DNA from: Lama guanicoe
Taxonomy: Eukaryota
Assembly: GCA_013239625.1 (NCBI GenBank)
Contig: MU056277.1
Coordinates: 2,148,076-2,212,075, forward strand
DNA: 64,000 bases
Direction: 5' to 3'
Shown: positions 49,056 through 64,000 of the stretch, in pieces
Layout: every line of letters starts with the position of its first letter
How positions within the stretch are numbered: the stretch's first letter is position 1
Notes under the pieces: model-generated
What the model saw: the letters and a program-made list of their open reading frames with translations, nothing else
Database searches by the model: none
Told to the model about the DNA's origin: nothing
Translations under genes and position numbers: made by a program

Positions 49056-51585
49056 GTATCTGTCACCCCTAACAGCTGCTTCCTGAAACTGGCTGATGCG
49101 TCAGCGCAGAGGCAGGAGCCGCGCCTCCGGGGACCTGGGAGCTGCACCCCCACCCACTGCCCAGAGACTGGGAGGGTGGGGAGGGGGTCAAACGGCGCAG
49201 TTTGGAAGGGCCGGAAGCGCCAGGCTGGGAGGCTAGCCCCAGCGCCGCAGCACAGGCCGCGAGCAGCCCAGGGAAAGGCAGGAGGGCCACCTCCGGGTGG
49301 GGGGGGAACCTCAGCACAGGCCCCTGGAGCCTCAGGCCCGTCTCCAGCCATGGTCGGCAGCAGCAGCCAGGTGAGCAGAAGTAGGGGCTGCATGCTGAGG
49401 GCTGCACGGAAGCCTGCAGCCCCATGAGACCGCAGCCTCCACACGTGTGGGAAGACATGTGGGTCCACACCACCTGGGCTTCCCCAGGACCAGAACCCCA
49501 GGGGTCCCTGACTTTGTACCAAAATGACAACTCACAGCAAATGGCTGGAAATGATGCACATTTTACGTTATTTTTTCAGTTAGGAGGTTGCATGTGCTCC
49601 CGGTTTCCCTGGGGAACAGAAGGGCCCTCCTGGCTGAGTGCTCTTCGGACGGGGCTGGGGCGCATGCCTGGGGGCCCCGACACAGCTGTTGAGGGAGGAC
49701 TTTTTTAAGGGATAAAAAGTTCAAGTTGATTCATACATTCTTATGACTGGGAAACAGGGAGTTTAAAGACAAATCAGATTTTTAACTCACGATTCTTTTT
49801 CAGGGGCAGCTGGGGAGGACCTGGGCCTAGTTGCTTATTATCAGGTTTTTTTTAAACGGAGGCGCTGGTCTTAAGTCTCACAATTCTTCAACACACCAAG
49901 TGTCTCTTTCATTTCTGATGTACTATGTTAACCCTAGAATTAAACTTTTTTTTTTTTGGCCAATCTGCAGATGCGCTGGCCCATTTTTCCAAAAGGACCT
50001 TGAGAAAAATAAAAGTGACCCTGACACAGACTAACGGAGGGGCCAGCAGAAGAGAGAAGACTTTAAAGTCTGCCCCAAATTTGATTACATTACTTTCAAG
50101 CCACCTTGTGGTCAGCACGCCACTGCTTTAAATGGCTACTTATGACTTAAAATCAGCAAATGAGCGTTGCAATTTTATGTAAATAATACTGCAAAACTAT
50201 CTGCACTGTCGTTATGGCATTCACTGCACTGCGAATCTGGATTTCCACGTGGAAATCACTGCAGACAGCACAGGCAGAGGTGGATATCTCACTCATGTCT
50301 GCAGGGCTCTACAAAACAAGCACCACCACAGGAACACCACAGCCCCGAAAAGCCAGCTGAGACGGGGCTGTGTGAGGCAAAAACAACATCTCTGCTCACT
50401 TTACACATGTGACTCAACAAAGTGGCTGGAAGCCATGAGGAAGCAAATCCAAATAAAACGCAAGAAAAAGGACTCAGATTAGATGAGGCTTTAACAGCGC
50501 CCTTTCACACTGGGGCAGAGACGGTCTGCTGGCATGGCGTCAGTGCAAACCGCCCCCCCCCATAGGACTCACCTGTGTCCGCGAGGCCGGCTGGCCGCTG
50601 GGCCCACGGGCCTGCAGACCAGTCGGGACTCAGGGCACACGCACCTGAGGCTCCGCGCCTTCGCCGAGCGTGGCCTTATCTTGTCATTAATGGTCAGTCC
50701 TCAATTTCAGTGTCACTGTCCACTATTCAAGAAGGTACCTGAGAATGTTGAAAACTCAGTGCTCTCTGTAGTTAAACCCAGAAACACAGGCATGCTTACA
50801 GAAATTCTGGTATTCACACTGCAGTGAGAACGCCACTCCAACCCCAACTGAAGGGCGCCCACAGTCCCTGCTGAGGGGGGAGGGTCCAGGTTCCTGTCTG
50901 AAGCTGTGAGACCAGCACCCCAGTGAATGGGAAAGCGTCCCCAGCCCCGAGTGACCACTAGCAAGCAGCCATCCTGTGCCGGCCCCATGGCCAGCTTTCC
51001 TGCTCAGGGAAGTGGTCGGGGAGGGACAGCTCGAGGGTCGGGAAGCAGCTGTTGGCCTGACACCTACAGACATGGGGCCCACTCCAAACTGCTGTCCTCA
51101 CGCCTCGGTCGGGATGTGCCAAGGGCGACAGTGACACTGAGACTTGGGAGGCAGCCCACACAGCCCACCGGCTCTCTGTGGTGCTTGCCCTGGAACCTGG
51201 CCCCGTCCCGCTGGAGAAGAACCCAGAACCTGCCTGCCACCCTGCTGAGCGCTGGGTCAGCGCCCAGGGACACCGCACCTTCAGGGTGGGTCACGCAGCC
51301 CCGGGAGAGCCCCGCAAATGACCCACGTGAAGCAGAAGCCGTGAGCGAACTGCAGACTCTGAGCAAGCCCGGTCAGGGCCCCTGCTTCACACCAAGTTCT
51401 GGGGTGGCTTGTCTGGCGGCCGGAGCACGAGATGCGAGATGCACAGACAGACCCAGCGTCCTGGGCTGTGTCCGGGTCCCGGGAGAGGGAGTCCACTTCC
51501 CAGGGCAGCTCCTCTTTGCACAAAGGGGACAAGCAGCCTTCAGGCTCCTACTTTTGCAAAGATGAGCTACAACAAACTTTTCTTC

Positions 51586-51591
51586 TTTAAT
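51586..51591 (-). terminator. PCID2: candidate PCID2 polyadenylation signal ATTAAA
   Basis: at the distal end of an AT-rich block about 0.5 kb downstream of the stop. Confidence 0.5.
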
Positions 51592-52102
51592 AAGTTTTGC
51601 ATAAACAGAGGAAATGTGCATACTCCGAAGAAATGGCTAAAGTACCTGGAAAACTTAAATCAAATCGAGTTCAGCTTATAAAAAGAAACAATAAGTTAAA
51701 CAAACACTTTGGTCACACAAAACGTTCAAATTTAACATTTATAAAAATAGCTGTATCCCAGAAGATACAATAAGGAGCACGCCATCTGTATAAATTCAGA
51801 ACGCCCCTTTCATAGGAAGAGCCACAAAGATGCCTTAGGAACACTCAGGGCAGGAAACTGCAGCCGCCCTGCAGACAGAGCGCCCCACGCAGGGACTCTG
51901 CCCACACTCCGGAGCCAGCAGACGTGCCTGCGTTCCCTGAAAGCCGGATCCCAGGTCCCCGAGAAGCGGGCGTGCGTCCTGCGACGACGGAGACGTCAAG
52001 GTCTCTGCGTGCTGGCAAACTCGGTCTCAGCACCCGGGGAGAAGCCGGCGACTCCGGCTGGTTCCCGGCACGCTGCCTTCCCGCCCCTGGGGCCGCCGCA
52101 CG

Positions 52103-63339
<11,237 letters not shown>

Positions 63340-64000
63340 CTGCAAAGGCAACGTGGAGCCTGAGGACTGATGGGACCACGGGCCTGCCCCCATCACAGCA
63401 CCTGCTCTCGCCTGAGCCAGGGTCGAAGCTGGAGCTGCTGCTGGGCAGGTCATGAAGACGCCCACAAGTGACCTGGTGCAGGAGGAAACCCCGCAGCGTC
63501 CCGAGCCTGTTCCTTCAAGTCCTATGAGAAGCCGAGTTGCAGCAGGTTTCACAGTAACACACTAGTGGCCCCTTTGCAGCATCACGGGGCAGGCTAGGCA
63601 CTCTAACCAGACATGGCAGAGTCCATCACCAAACCTAGAACCTCATCACACATTGCCCAGACTGAGGAAGTTGCAGTGAGCCCCATGCCACAAGGAACTC
63701 AGGGACACCCCGTTTCCAGAGACCTGCCAGGGCTCCCAGGCCCCCACACCTTGCCCCGCAGCCCCGTCTGCTCAGAAACACTGGTGAGATGTGGGCAGGA
63801 GGACGATCAGGGGCTACACAATTCAGGACCTGGGGCTTCGCCTGACGGGGCACGAGAGGCGGAGGCGGTAGATGTGACACCTGAGTAAAAAGCACTCCTT
63901 CATTTGCTCGGCCCTGTTCTGGTTTCTTTCCCAGAAAGGCAAAGAGGCCAAAAAATAGGCATTTCCATGGACACCCCAGGCGGGCCCTACACCCTACTGA

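Overview
Mammalian genomic DNA, not prokaryotic. It is GC-rich, syntenic with human 13q34, and probably camelid, judged from a lineage-typical L1 3' end and artiodactyl-like protein sequences. It contains the 3' end of MCF2L (+, 14 exons, DH/PH/SH3 part), three complete vitamin K-dependent coagulation genes F7, F10 and PROZ (all +, 8 coding exons each, reading frames close at 446, 469 and 405 aa) and the last 11 exons of PCID2 (-), which include a U12-type AT-AC intron. Almost all entries in the ORF track are spurious GC-rich ORFs. Most notable observations: (1) a perfect 259-bp tandem duplication of the F7 catalytic-His exon, possibly an assembly artefact; (2) an apparent ~15-codon deletion in PROZ that removes the conserved GLLSGW strand; (3) a near full-length KARS1 processed pseudogene in F10 intron 2 whose 5' end sits in a CpG island with ETS/NRF1/Sp1-like motifs; (4) an FX with an unpaired C-terminal Cys, a frameshift-shortened tail and O-glucose/O-fucose consensus sites in EGF1; (5) an apparent MCF2L stop-loss. 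I found no clearly new multi-gene system. All comparisons with human or bovine orthologues and repeat consensi are from recall and need alignment to confirm.
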